A stretch of DNA of 64,000 nucleotides from positions 61,187 through 125,186 of the forward strand of contig CBDDBX010000043.1 of assembly GCA_965225955.1 (NCBI GenBank), given 5' to 3'. Of this stretch, positions 9,586 through 18,699 are shown piece after piece. Position numbers and translations under genes: made by a program. Each line of letters starts with the position of its first letter. The first letter of the stretch is position 1. This stretch comes from Candidatus Aminicenantia bacterium. GTDB taxonomy: Bacteria > Acidobacteriota > Aminicenantia > UBA2199. Below the pieces are notes generated by a model. The model saw nothing but the letters and a program-made list of their open reading frames with translations. It made no database searches and was not told where the DNA came from.

Positions 9586-10191
9586 CTATAATTTATTAAC
9601 AATAAGATAAAATCCAAGTTTATCTTTAAACTTAACAAGAGTCTCTTCCGATACCGGAGTACTACTCCATCCTCCTCCCTCTTTATAAGCCAGACATAGC
9701 TCTCCATGGCTCTTACTGAGAAGCATTCTGTTAACACCAGTATCTTTTAATCTCTTCAGCCTGTCTACTGAGAGGATATCAAAACCATACCCTTCTCTAT
9801 TACGCAGAAATATTCTGAGAGTACTGAAAGAGTCAAACCCCATCTCTTTAAGATAGACAGGCTCTTCAGATATCCAGCTATTCTTACCTGACTCCCTGCA
9901 CTTTATACCACCTGCAAAAGATCTGACTGGTGACTTTGAAGAGATCACAGTTTTTACAGCAGGTTCAGAAACAGCATCAAAATCCATTTGCCCTTCAGTT
10001 AATCTGCATAATGATTCTGATACTGTACGCCCCACAACCCTGTATCGCCCTCTCTTAATACCCTTCTTAAATACGACCCCTTCCAGTGGAACACTTCCTG
10101 TTACAATAAAGAAATTACCTCTTTTACCGTAAATCTTCCCACCCCACAGACAGGTGGACGAATACAACAGAAGAATCAGAACAACTCTCAT
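9586..10191 (-). CDS. Secreted hypothetical protein
   Basis: 201 aa. Signal peptide MRVVLILLLYSSTCLWG. No recognisable domain. Confidence 0.5.
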   Translation of the reverse strand: MRVVLILLLYSSTCLWGGKIYGKRGNFFIVTGSVPLEGVVFKKGIKRGRYRVVGRTVSESLCRLTEGQMDFDAVSEPAVKTVISSKSPVRSFAGGIKCRESGKNSWISEEPVYLKEMGFDSFSTLRIFLRNREGYGFDILSVDRLKRLKDTGVNRMLLSKSHGELCLAYKEGGGWSSTPVSEETLVKFKDKLGFYLIVNKL

Positions 10192-10194
10192 ACT

Positions 10195-10581
10195 CTATTC
10201 TGTATCAATCACACTTATATGAAAAAACTCTACAAGCTTTCTTACCAGATCACTCTTTCGTACAATATTACGGTATTTAAGATCTCTAAGCATACTGTTA
10301 ATAACTTCAGTATCTTCATGGGAAACTACAATATTAAATGTTTTGGTTGTGGTATTCCGCTCTTTGTCCGGGTGAGAGATGAGAAATTCAGCAAACTTCT
10401 TCTGAAGATCTTCTGAACCATCTATCAACGTGATAACATGATGCAGAACCTCTTCATTGGTTTTACTCCAGACACGTCCTAACTCAGTAAACATTGCTCC
10501 CACTCTCAGGCCCATTGGAAAACCTACCTGTTTTTTTGGTTGTTTAACGTCCATTTGTCCTCCTGAAAAAAACATTAACAT
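10195..10581 (-). CDS. Hypothetical protein (first gene of the kinase operon)
   Basis: 128 aa ORF, 3 bp from the next gene. No recognisable motifs. Confidence 0.45.
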   Translation of the reverse strand: MLMFFSGGQMDVKQPKKQVGFPMGLRVGAMFTELGRVWSKTNEEVLHHVITLIDGSEDLQKKFAEFLISHPDKERNTTTKTFNIVVSHEDTEVINSMLRDLKYRNIVRKSDLVRKLVEFFHISVIDTE

Positions 10582-10846
10582 ATATTAGGATTCTTCTCAA
10601 ACAAAATGCTATTTTATATCCACAATTGTTTCCACCAACATATTACTCACGCAAACTAAAGTTTATCATGCCAAAATATTTTTTTCTATACTATCTACAC
10701 ACTCAACAATTATGACTGTTTTTTTATTCCTGAAACAACAACCTTACTTCTCTTAAAAAAATTGTTTCAATCTTTTCTTGTGAAAAATCTGTTTTTATTC
10801 TATAACAGTAACAAAAACCATTATTGGTAAGAAAAGGGAAAAGAAA

Positions 10847-11173
10847 ATGAATTATATAAAAGCAGTAAAAACTGAAGCACTTAAAGACAAAGAGTTTATC
10901 AGCGTTACCCTTCTGGGGAAAAAAGTAGGCATCTTCAAAAAAGATGAAGAGATATACGCCATTGAAACCGGCTGTAAACATCAGGGGGCAGATATTACCA
11001 AAGGCATGAAGAAAGGGGACGTATTTACCTGCCCCAGACATGGATGGAAATACAATATCTATACAGGAGCATGTATTTCACATAAATCCCCTTCTCTACG
11101 TAGATATCCTATAAAAATTGAAGGGGAGTACATTAAAATATCTCTGACTCCTGTAGAAGACAATGACTATTAA
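10847..11173 (+). CDS. Rieske [2Fe-2S] domain protein (NirD-like small subunit)
   Basis: 108 aa. CKHQGADI (CxH) and CPRHGWKY (CxxH) Rieske ligand boxes at the canonical spacing. Confidence 0.75.
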   Translation: MNYIKAVKTEALKDKEFISVTLLGKKVGIFKKDEEIYAIETGCKHQGADITKGMKKGDVFTCPRHGWKYNIYTGACISHKSPSLRRYPIKIEGEYIKISLTPVEDNDY

Positions 11174-11176
11174 GAA

Positions 11177-11196
11177 GGGTGAAATAACTTTCACCC
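11177..11196. terminator. Putative bidirectional rho-independent terminator between convergent genes
   Basis: Perfect 8-bp stem GGGTGAAA / TTTCACCC with a 4-nt loop, T-rich flanks on both strands. Confidence 0.5.
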
Positions 11197-11244
11197 CGTT
11201 TACTATGATATTTACTGGCAGAAGTTCTCTGCCAGTATGCACTA

Positions 11245-12672
11245 TTAATTGAAGCGACTTCTCTTTCTCATCAGCTTCTCTATATCTTTAACCTCTTTGG
11301 GAACTGAAGCAGACAACACCCTATTACCTTTTTCAGTAACCAGAATATCATCTTCAATTCTTATGGAAATATTTCTGAATTTCTCATATACAGGTTTAAC
11401 TTTTTTCACAAACTCTTTGAGTTCAGCATCAGGAACCCTGCCTTTATAAAGAGCAACGGCTTTATCAATACCACCGTCTCCTATATACAATCCCGGTTCA
11501 AGAGTAAGCACCATACCTGGTTTGAAAATTATCCCCCTTTTAGTTCCGTGCTCATAACCGCCAATATCGTGAGTATCAAGTCCCAGCCAGTGACTGAACT
11601 GGAAGAATTTGGCCCAGACTCTTACCTGCCACAGTTTTCCCTCTTCTGTAATAAGCCCGGCTTTAAGTAAACCCGCTGATAATTCTCTCAGAGTTGCACG
11701 CATTACATCTTTGAACCCATTTCCCGGCTTAATCTCAGCAAGGCCTTTCTTTTGTGAATTCAGTACTATATTGTAGATCTCTTTCTGTCTTTTATTAAAT
11801 TTCCCGTTAACAGGAAAGGTTCTTGAAATATCACCGGAGTAGTACTTATACTCAGCACCGATATCCATAAGAAGCAGTTCCCCGTCTCTCATTTTGCGAT
11901 TATTGTGTTCATAGTGAAGAATTTCGCCATTTTTACCTGAAGCAATTATCGATGGGAATCCGACTCTCATACATCCTCGATTCTTATATACATAATCAAC
12001 AACAGCTCCAACCTGATACTCATAAAGTCCCGGTGCAGCTCTTTTCATGGATTCAATAACAGCTTCCCCTGTTACAGCAACAACTTTATCAAGAAGTTCT
12101 ATCTCCATAGAGTCTTTAATCAATCTCAGGTCTCCCAGCAGAGATGCTATATTTTCTACAGATTTCACTCTTTTCATACCAGGTATTTCATCTGAAAGAT
12201 TTTCCATAAACTCTTTGTTACTCATATCCACATAGAGCTTACCTCCGCCTCTCATGGCTTTCATAATAACAGGCTTCATCTTTTTAAATGGCAGGACTTC
12301 ATCTGCTCCGTAAATTTCCATTAACTCCTTCTTACCTGGAACCGGGCCGACCCAATGATCCATAAAAGGGCTGCGGTGAGGAACAAAAACCTTGTAAGGT
12401 TTCTTATCTCCGGGAATCAGAACAATTTTTACTCCAGACATTTCAAGGCCTGTCAGATAGTATATATTACTACTCTGTCTGTACTTGTAGTCGATATCTG
12501 AATTTCTGTTTTTAACCGAAGGAGCAGCAAGTACAATAACTCCTTTTCCGGCTTTATCCATCAGCTGCTGGCGCCTTTTTTTGAAAAACTCCGCCTCTGA
12601 ACCTGTAATACCTGCTGAAAAGATCAGTTCTGTAAAAAGAACCATAATAGAAAAGATCAGCTTTAATCTCAT
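11245..12672 (-). CDS. Xaa-Pro aminopeptidase (M24B family), secreted
   Basis: 475 aa. Signal peptide. M24 metal-ligand region HWLGLDTHD plus an N-terminal creatinase-like domain. Confidence 0.8.
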   Translation of the reverse strand: MRLKLIFSIMVLFTELIFSAGITGSEAEFFKKRRQQLMDKAGKGVIVLAAPSVKNRNSDIDYKYRQSSNIYYLTGLEMSGVKIVLIPGDKKPYKVFVPHRSPFMDHWVGPVPGKKELMEIYGADEVLPFKKMKPVIMKAMRGGGKLYVDMSNKEFMENLSDEIPGMKRVKSVENIASLLGDLRLIKDSMEIELLDKVVAVTGEAVIESMKRAAPGLYEYQVGAVVDYVYKNRGCMRVGFPSIIASGKNGEILHYEHNNRKMRDGELLLMDIGAEYKYYSGDISRTFPVNGKFNKRQKEIYNIVLNSQKKGLAEIKPGNGFKDVMRATLRELSAGLLKAGLITEEGKLWQVRVWAKFFQFSHWLGLDTHDIGGYEHGTKRGIIFKPGMVLTLEPGLYIGDGGIDKAVALYKGRVPDAELKEFVKKVKPVYEKFRNISIRIEDDILVTEKGNRVLSASVPKEVKDIEKLMRKRSRFN

Positions 12673-12730
12673 CGGGACCTCCTGTTTTATCTACAATTAG
12701 TTATACTTGGAAGTACTGTTAAAAGTTATG

Positions 12731-13840
12731 CTATTTCTTCTCCATCATAATATTTACAACTCTTCCCGCAAGTCCCTTATAACGAAGGCTGCCCATATTG
12801 GCAATTACAACAATAACTGCTTCCTTTCTGGGGTAGACTCTGAAATATGTTGTTCCACCTACAGAGCCGCCGCCATGACCGGTAAAGACTCTCCCTTTAG
12901 AATCTCTGCCTACATTCCAGCCGATTCCATAATTGGTGGATTTACCATCTGAAGTTTTCTGGGGAGTCCACAAGGAAACAACCGTTTTTCTGCTGACAGT
13001 TTTTGGATAGATATGGCCGAAACCAAAACGTATAAGATCTTCAGCTGTTGAGAGGAAGCCTCCACCAGCCCATTTATAGCTATTATCAACAAAAGGAGCA
13101 TTAACAATTTCCCCGTTTCTGAGCATATAATAACGACTTCTGTTCTTAATAATCGGTGTTATATGATCTGCAAAGGTGGATTTCATACCAAGAGGTTTAA
13201 AAACCTTCTCTTTCATAAAAGAGAGGAATTCTTCGCCGGAGGCATTTTCCATTACTGCACTAATAAGATTCCAGCCGTAACTGGTATAGGAATAACGTGT
13301 TCCCGGTTCAAACATCAAAGGATCATCCTTAAAGATATCAAGTCCCTCTTTTACAGTTGGATAATATCCGCTACTGAGGAATTCTTTCCCCTTATAATGC
13401 CTTATACCCGCCAGATGACCTCCAAGCTGTCTGGTGGTTATCTTATATCTCTTTTTTGGGAAATAAGGTACGTAATCTCTTACATCCCGATCCAGGTCCA
13501 GTTTTTTGTTTTCAACAAGCACACCCAGTCCGTAAGCAGTAATAGGCTTTGATACACTACCAATTCTGAACAGTGTTACTGCAGGATTCACTTTCACATT
13601 CTGTTCCAGATCTGCATATCCATAACCAGCTGACCAGACAATCTTTCCCTTCTCACCGTAAGCGATTGCAAGACCACTTACTTTATTATTCTTCATGAAC
13701 TCTTTTACTACTTTATCTGCTTTTGAAATAGCGGCCTTACTATTACAGTATACCGGGGTACCCAGTAAAACTATAAATCCCAGTAAAACCAGACTAACTA
13801 TTGCTCTCTTCTTCACAACTCTCCTCCTTTTTTTCCTCAC
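12731..13840 (-). CDS. Serine hydrolase, beta-lactamase / PBP4-like family
   Basis: 369 aa. Signal/TM start. SxxK motif SVSK, class-C-like Y-x-N region, GHGGGSVGG. Confidence 0.8.
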   Translation of the reverse strand: MRKKRRRVVKKRAIVSLVLLGFIVLLGTPVYCNSKAAISKADKVVKEFMKNNKVSGLAIAYGEKGKIVWSAGYGYADLEQNVKVNPAVTLFRIGSVSKPITAYGLGVLVENKKLDLDRDVRDYVPYFPKKRYKITTRQLGGHLAGIRHYKGKEFLSSGYYPTVKEGLDIFKDDPLMFEPGTRYSYTSYGWNLISAVMENASGEEFLSFMKEKVFKPLGMKSTFADHITPIIKNRSRYYMLRNGEIVNAPFVDNSYKWAGGGFLSTAEDLIRFGFGHIYPKTVSRKTVVSLWTPQKTSDGKSTNYGIGWNVGRDSKGRVFTGHGGGSVGGTTYFRVYPRKEAVIVVIANMGSLRYKGLAGRVVNIMMEKK

Positions 13841-14498
13841 ATTTTATCCAGTAGAGACAATACTGCTGTTCTCTCTCATTAACTCTCATAGAGATCTCTT
13901 TTTTATCACAATCATGCCCTTCAACACAGTACTTACCATTGAAATTAACACACTCGTAGCACCAGGTTCTGAACATTGGATCATTTTCAACCTCTTTAAG
14001 AAACTTTATCTTCTGGCTTTCAATAAAAGCCCTCTCTTCATCTTCTTTATTATCTCCTTTTATAATCTTACTGGCATGATAGAACCCCGCAATTGTAGCA
14101 ATGAAAACACCTATTGTAAAAGGAATTGTATACCCTGCAAGCTTCACCCATCCAATCCAGGTCACAGAATTTATCAGAAGAATAATGGCTATATCTATAA
14201 GAGTCAGGAAATTAAAACGCCTTTTTATAAAGAATATAAAAATCAGAGCATAAGCTAGAACCCCTGCAAACATATTTATAAAGATTGAAGCAAAATATGC
14301 TGAAGGAATAACAAGTAAGCCGGTTTTAACCACTTTCATAAGATCGTGATGCAGGGAAAGATTTCTGTTTTCACCGGGGAACTGGTAACAGACGTATTTA
14401 ATACCCAGTACAGTGGTATAGTTGTGAATAACAAAAAACATGATATTCAGAAACAGATACGCAGCACCGGACATTAAATAATTATACCCAAATCCCAC
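13794..14498 (-). CDS. Integral membrane protein with Cys-rich acidic C-terminal tail
   Basis: 234 aa. About five predicted TM helices. Tail WCYECVNFNGKYCVEGHDCDKKE...CEEKKEESCEEE. Its 3' end overlaps the annotated beta-lactamase start by about 47 bp. Confidence 0.5.
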   Translation of the reverse strand: MGFGYNYLMSGAAYLFLNIMFFVIHNYTTVLGIKYVCYQFPGENRNLSLHHDLMKVVKTGLLVIPSAYFASIFINMFAGVLAYALIFIFFIKRRFNFLTLIDIAIILLINSVTWIGWVKLAGYTIPFTIGVFIATIAGFYHASKIIKGDNKEDEERAFIESQKIKFLKEVENDPMFRTWCYECVNFNGKYCVEGHDCDKKEISMRVNEREQQYCLYWIKCEEKKEESCEEESNS

Positions 14499-14645
14499 TA
14501 AAAAAACATTAACCTTAAAACCTCGAACTGTTTAGGAATCAGATGTTATCATCATTTTGAAGCTAGAATATATGAATTCCAATGTCAATAAATATCATAA
14601 CAAAGCACATCTCACAAAAGCTTAACAAAATATCAAATGTGCACT

Positions 14646-15197
14646 TTAATCAGGCAAACCAATTCGTGACAAAAAATTTGCAAATCTTAACGATATTTGT
14701 TCTCTATATATTTCTGAGACTTTACACATAAATTCCTTTTTCTTTACTTTATTCAAATAGTTAACATTTACTGCAAAGTAATGCTTAAAATCAATTACTG
14801 AAGGCACTACAGGAATAGTATCAGGGAATTTTAAATAGTGATATCTTGGATCGGTGTTTTTCAGTAAATTCTTGTGAGGTGTCTTGTTCTTTTTAAATGA
14901 ATTCATGTTTCTACCGATTTCCGACAGTTGAGACCCTTCTAAAACGTGATCAACGTTATAAATAGGAGCGACTAATACAGAAAGTAAATGTTTATCCTGA
15001 TTACTGTTTTCCTTATTACGAGCATTGTAATCTTGAGCTAAATCACAAGCTTGAGTAAGCACTATAACCAAAGGAAATAAGATTTTAGAGATTTCTATGT
15101 TTCCTGATTTCTCATAAACACTTTCTATCCACTCAACATTTCTTATTATATCTCCTTGAGATAAAAATTTTTCACGTTTTTTCTTTACTTTAATCAT
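14646..15197 (-). CDS. Hypothetical protein, island gene 3 of 3
   Basis: 183 aa. 8-bp overlap with the upstream 62-aa ORF (translational coupling). No recognisable domain. Confidence 0.5.
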   Translation of the reverse strand: MIKVKKKREKFLSQGDIIRNVEWIESVYEKSGNIEISKILFPLVIVLTQACDLAQDYNARNKENSNQDKHLLSVLVAPIYNVDHVLEGSQLSEIGRNMNSFKKNKTPHKNLLKNTDPRYHYLKFPDTIPVVPSVIDFKHYFAVNVNYLNKVKKKEFMCKVSEIYREQISLRFANFLSRIGLPD

Positions 15198-15378
15198 GAG
15201 ATATTTTAGCTCTTAATATGATTCTTTTAGGTTTATTTATGCCGTATCTTTTCTCTTCTACATTTAAACTTTCAGGAGCCTCTGTTTCTGAAATATTTAA
15301 TTTCACCAAATTATTTTCATTTGATACTCTAGTAACCTCATCAGAGTTAAAATAATCTGAATCAGTATAATTATTCAC
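15190..15378 (-). CDS. Small acidic hypothetical protein, island gene 2 of 3
   Basis: 62 aa. Overlaps both neighbours by 8 bp, typical of coupled operon members. Low-complexity acidic N-terminus. Confidence 0.35.
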   Translation of the reverse strand: MNNYTDSDYFNSDEVTRVSNENNLVKLNISETEAPESLNVEEKRYGINKPKRIILRAKISHD

Positions 15379-16126
15379 TCCTGGTCACCTGCATTTTGTT
15401 TCTCAAAGATTCAGTAATAGATAGTTCAAATAGATCTAAAATACGTCTATGAGCTTTTTCAAAAGTTTTTTTTATATCGCTATATTCCAATACGCCTTGA
15501 CATGAAGCATCATAATCAAGAATAAAAGTTTTTTTTCTAATATTTGATGGATAATCAGGGTTATGCATACCGTATTGGAAATTAAGAGTCATGCCATCAT
15601 CAAAACGATTTACTATATTTGAGAAGGCTCTCGAAATCACATCTTGATTTTCATTAAATTTTAACATACCTAAAAGGTTGGGATTTATATATTCATCCCA
15701 ATAAAATGGCCTCTCTTCATTAAGATCAATCTTATTTATATATCTCAATCCAAATCTATTAATTGAAAACTCTTCGACCTCCATCAATATCTTTGATATC
15801 TCCGACAAATCATTTTTAAGCTTACTCAATCTTTCATATTTATTTACTGAAATCGAGAAACAATTAGAGGAAATAGTCAAAGTCTTCTCTTTATCTTTGC
15901 CATGGTATAGCCATTCTGTCTTCTCAGTTACTGTTTTGCTTGCCTCAACATCTGAAATCATTATTTCATTAGAAATGACATTTCTCGGTTCAGGTATTGG
16001 AAAAGATTTTAAAATAATATCTGCCGCATTTTTAGGCATGGTTTTATCTGCCGCTTTATATGGAGCAGTGAAGTCAACACGTAAAATCACTTTATCTAAG
16101 AACGATTTTTTATACAATTTTGCCAT
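15371..16126 (-). CDS. Hypothetical protein, island gene 1 of 3
   Basis: About 251 aa. Likely start MAKLYKK at 16126 with AAGGA SD (ORF-track start 16141 has none). No confident family. Confidence 0.55.
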   Translation of the reverse strand: MAKLYKKSFLDKVILRVDFTAPYKAADKTMPKNAADIILKSFPIPEPRNVISNEIMISDVEASKTVTEKTEWLYHGKDKEKTLTISSNCFSISVNKYERLSKLKNDLSEISKILMEVEEFSINRFGLRYINKIDLNEERPFYWDEYINPNLLGMLKFNENQDVISRAFSNIVNRFDDGMTLNFQYGMHNPDYPSNIRKKTFILDYDASCQGVLEYSDIKKTFEKAHRRILDLFELSITESLRNKMQVTRSE

Positions 16127-16242
16127 TTTATTTCCTTTCATATTAATATAATAAATACATTGTAGATCATATAATTTTGAAAAAAAACCTGATTATATAA
16201 AAAAGTTAGAATGAATTTCGCACTTGGTATACTTCACACAAT

Positions 16243-16282
16243 TTAATCATAACTCAACTTAATCATAACTCAACATTTGACA
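16243..16282. promoter_or_regulatory. Perfect tandem 16-bp direct repeat (TTAATCATAACTCAAC x2) abutting a consensus -35 box TTGACA in the divergent intergenic region
   Basis: 16243-16258 and 16259-16274 are identical. TTGACA at 16277-16282, about 110 bp upstream of the HD-protein start. Confidence 0.45.
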
Positions 16283-16390
16283 TTTATAGCTCATTTATCT
16301 ATTCTTAATTCATCCAGAGCAAATCCATTTTTTTGGATAAGATTGGTTTATAAGAATTATATTTAAACAAAAACAATTAGGAGTTATGAG

Positions 16391-18562
16391 ATGGACAGAA
16401 ACCCATGGCTAGATGACACGTTTAACGTAAGACTGCATGACATAAAAAAAAGAGTTCTTGACGAACATAAAAAATCAAAAGCACCAGAACTTAAATGGTT
16501 TACACCACATGGTGAAGAACATTACAAGAATGTAGAAATGAGATTAATGCAACTATTACCTGAATGTAATGATTTATCAGTAAATGAAAAATTTTTCCTA
16601 TTAACTTCGGCATGGATTCACGATTTGGGAATGATAAAAGGGATTTTAGATGGAGATGAACAACTTGATAGTTATGAAATAAGAGATAAGCACCACATCA
16701 GATCAGAACAATACATAGTTAAAAATCACGAATTCCTAGATATAGAAGAGACCGAAAAAGAAGCTTTTGCAATGTTAGCCAGATACCACAGACGTAGAGA
16801 GTTGATTACACAATGTGAAGAATCAATGACACTTCCTTATCATGGCAACATAAGAATACAGTTATTAGCAGCATACCTCAGACTAGCCGATGCCTTACAC
16901 ATAGATCAAACAAGAGCACCCTTTCAACAATATGCAATTGTTCTTGCGTACAACATTCCAATTAATTCTAAATTACACTGGTTAAGAAGTATGTTTGTGC
17001 TCGGAATATCAATAAATTTAAAAAACAAAGAAATTGTTGTTCAATTAAAATATCCGAATGACATAAAAGAATGGGATCAGGACGAAAGAGTCCTTAATTC
17101 AACTCTTGATAGTATATACGATTCTATTGTTCAGGATCTTGAAGAAGAACTTGCTACTGTTAAAGAGATATTAATAAAGGGCGGTCAGTCTTACATCTTA
17201 TCTATCAGAAAAGAGATAGTAAAAGTGAGATTTGACAAAAGCTTCAAAAGAGATATCAAAACAGTTTTAAATTATTACTATTTATTTGATAATCCAAGTA
17301 GCTCAGCATTATGCCGGTTAGTAATTGAATCAATTAGAGGAATACGAGATGCACACAATGGTAATATAAGGGAATCCATATCCACAATTTCAGATTTCCT
17401 CAACGAGATAAAAAAGAAAATACTTGATACAAGAACATGTCATACTGGCTTAAGTGATTTGGTAAAAAGTGTAGAGGAACATGTAAAAAAGCAAGGTGTT
17501 GAGGGATTGGACAAGAAGTTAGCAAAAGATGAAAAAAAGTTAAACAATGAAAGAAATGGTGTACGTGAAAATGCAAGAGAGTTTTTTGATATATTTCAAA
17601 AAAAGAACCCCAAAAAGCTAGCACAGAATAACAAAGTAAACATATTACTTTATGGTTATAGTGAATTAGTAATTAAATCCCTATGTGGTTTTAGAGATGC
17701 AATTATACAAAAAAAACTTAAAGATAAACTAAATGATAATATAAAAGCTCATAAACTAAACCTTGAACATGAAGCAAATAATAATTTCAGAATTTTTATA
17801 TGCGAAGGTCAACCCAAAAACAAAACAACATGGGGAGGAAAGTATTTATATCATGATGGTTTTAGATATGCTATTTCTTTAGCAGAAAGAAATTTTGAAT
17901 ATATATATATGATAGCTGATGCTACTGCTGGCTCATTAATTGCACGAGCGAATAACAGTTCATTTCCCCCAATAGATTTCATAATGGTAGGAGCTAATGG
18001 ATTTACTGAGAAAGAATTTAAACACTCTGCAGGACACAGTACAATTGCAGCTCTGAAATTTTTACCTAACAATAAAAAAGACTATCCTAAACTTATTCTA
18101 TCAATAATAAATAGTAAACATAATGAATCAGAGGATAAAAAGGAAGATAATAATAAAAATGACCTGAACAATGCTGATGACAGAGAGACAGTTCCTATCG
18201 ATGGCTGGACATTTAAAACCCCTTTTAATGGTGAACCAACAAGAAATAATATATTCGTCACTCAGGATCCAAAATATAAAAAAGATATGGATAACTTCAA
18301 AAATGCAATCGCAATATATAATCCTAGAGAAGATGCTATTCCAATTGATTGGGTAGACATAGTCATTTCAGAAAACGTTTGGCTCAAAAACACGGGTAAG
18401 GAATCATGGGGAGGCAGATATATTGTAGAACAAAAACAATCATCTTCAGAGCCTTATTGCTCTCTTAATAGTTATAGGAAAATACTTTTTTATAGAAATA
18501 AAAAGAGACAAATAACTCTTAGGCACTCTATCCAGCAATCTAGGTTGGTGGCAAGAAACTGA
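16391..18562 (+). CDS. HD-domain phosphohydrolase fused to an IF-2B / MtnA / R15P-isomerase-like (NagB/RpiA-fold) domain; unusual architecture
   Basis: 723 aa, AGGAG SD. N-terminal HD motifs HGEEH, WIHDLGM, KHH, YHRRRE, ADALHID. Lys-rich coiled middle. C-terminal third aligns by eye to the IF-2B family: ILLYGYSELVIKSL (cf. ILTHCNSSTVLKAL), FRIFICEGQP (cf. FRVIVTETRP), IADATAGSLI (cf. ITDSAVGYFM), IDFIMVGANGFTEKEF (cf. VDxVIVGADxIxxNGxVxNK). A further 160 aa are unassigned. Confidence 0.7.
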   Translation: MDRNPWLDDTFNVRLHDIKKRVLDEHKKSKAPELKWFTPHGEEHYKNVEMRLMQLLPECNDLSVNEKFFLLTSAWIHDLGMIKGILDGDEQLDSYEIRDKHHIRSEQYIVKNHEFLDIEETEKEAFAMLARYHRRRELITQCEESMTLPYHGNIRIQLLAAYLRLADALHIDQTRAPFQQYAIVLAYNIPINSKLHWLRSMFVLGISINLKNKEIVVQLKYPNDIKEWDQDERVLNSTLDSIYDSIVQDLEEELATVKEILIKGGQSYILSIRKEIVKVRFDKSFKRDIKTVLNYYYLFDNPSSSALCRLVIESIRGIRDAHNGNIRESISTISDFLNEIKKKILDTRTCHTGLSDLVKSVEEHVKKQGVEGLDKKLAKDEKKLNNERNGVRENAREFFDIFQKKNPKKLAQNNKVNILLYGYSELVIKSLCGFRDAIIQKKLKDKLNDNIKAHKLNLEHEANNNFRIFICEGQPKNKTTWGGKYLYHDGFRYAISLAERNFEYIYMIADATAGSLIARANNSSFPPIDFIMVGANGFTEKEFKHSAGHSTIAALKFLPNNKKDYPKLILSIINSKHNESEDKKEDNNKNDLNNADDRETVPIDGWTFKTPFNGEPTRNNIFVTQDPKYKKDMDNFKNAIAIYNPREDAIPIDWVDIVISENVWLKNTGKESWGGRYIVEQKQSSSEPYCSLNSYRKILFYRNKKRQITLRHSIQQSRLVARN

Positions 18563-18649
18563 TCCTACGTGTAATTTTTTATAGAGTATAGATAATTATA
18601 ACTTAAAATTCAATTGCTAATTTCTTAAAACCAGACACATAATTTTCAA

Positions 18650-18673
18650 GCAGTTTTTTGGTGCGAAACTGCC
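18650..18673. terminator. Possible bidirectional terminator between the HD-fusion gene and dctA
   Basis: GCAGTTT ... AAACTGC 7-bp stem, modest T-rich flanks. Confidence 0.35.
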
Positions 18674-18699
18674 TGTTAGTTTATTGAGAGTGTTGAGTT

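Noticed and set aside
10724-11041. 105-aa minus-strand ORF overlapping the Rieske gene
   Set aside because: It overlaps the Rieske CDS, which has diagnostic CxH/CxxH boxes. No SD, and a Phe-rich junk product.
14499-18699. Mobile-element boundaries (integrase, transposase, tRNA attachment site, flanking direct repeats) for the island
   Set aside because: No integrase or transposase ORF, no tRNA gene and no obvious flanking direct repeats were found by eye. The island call rests on composition and gene content only.
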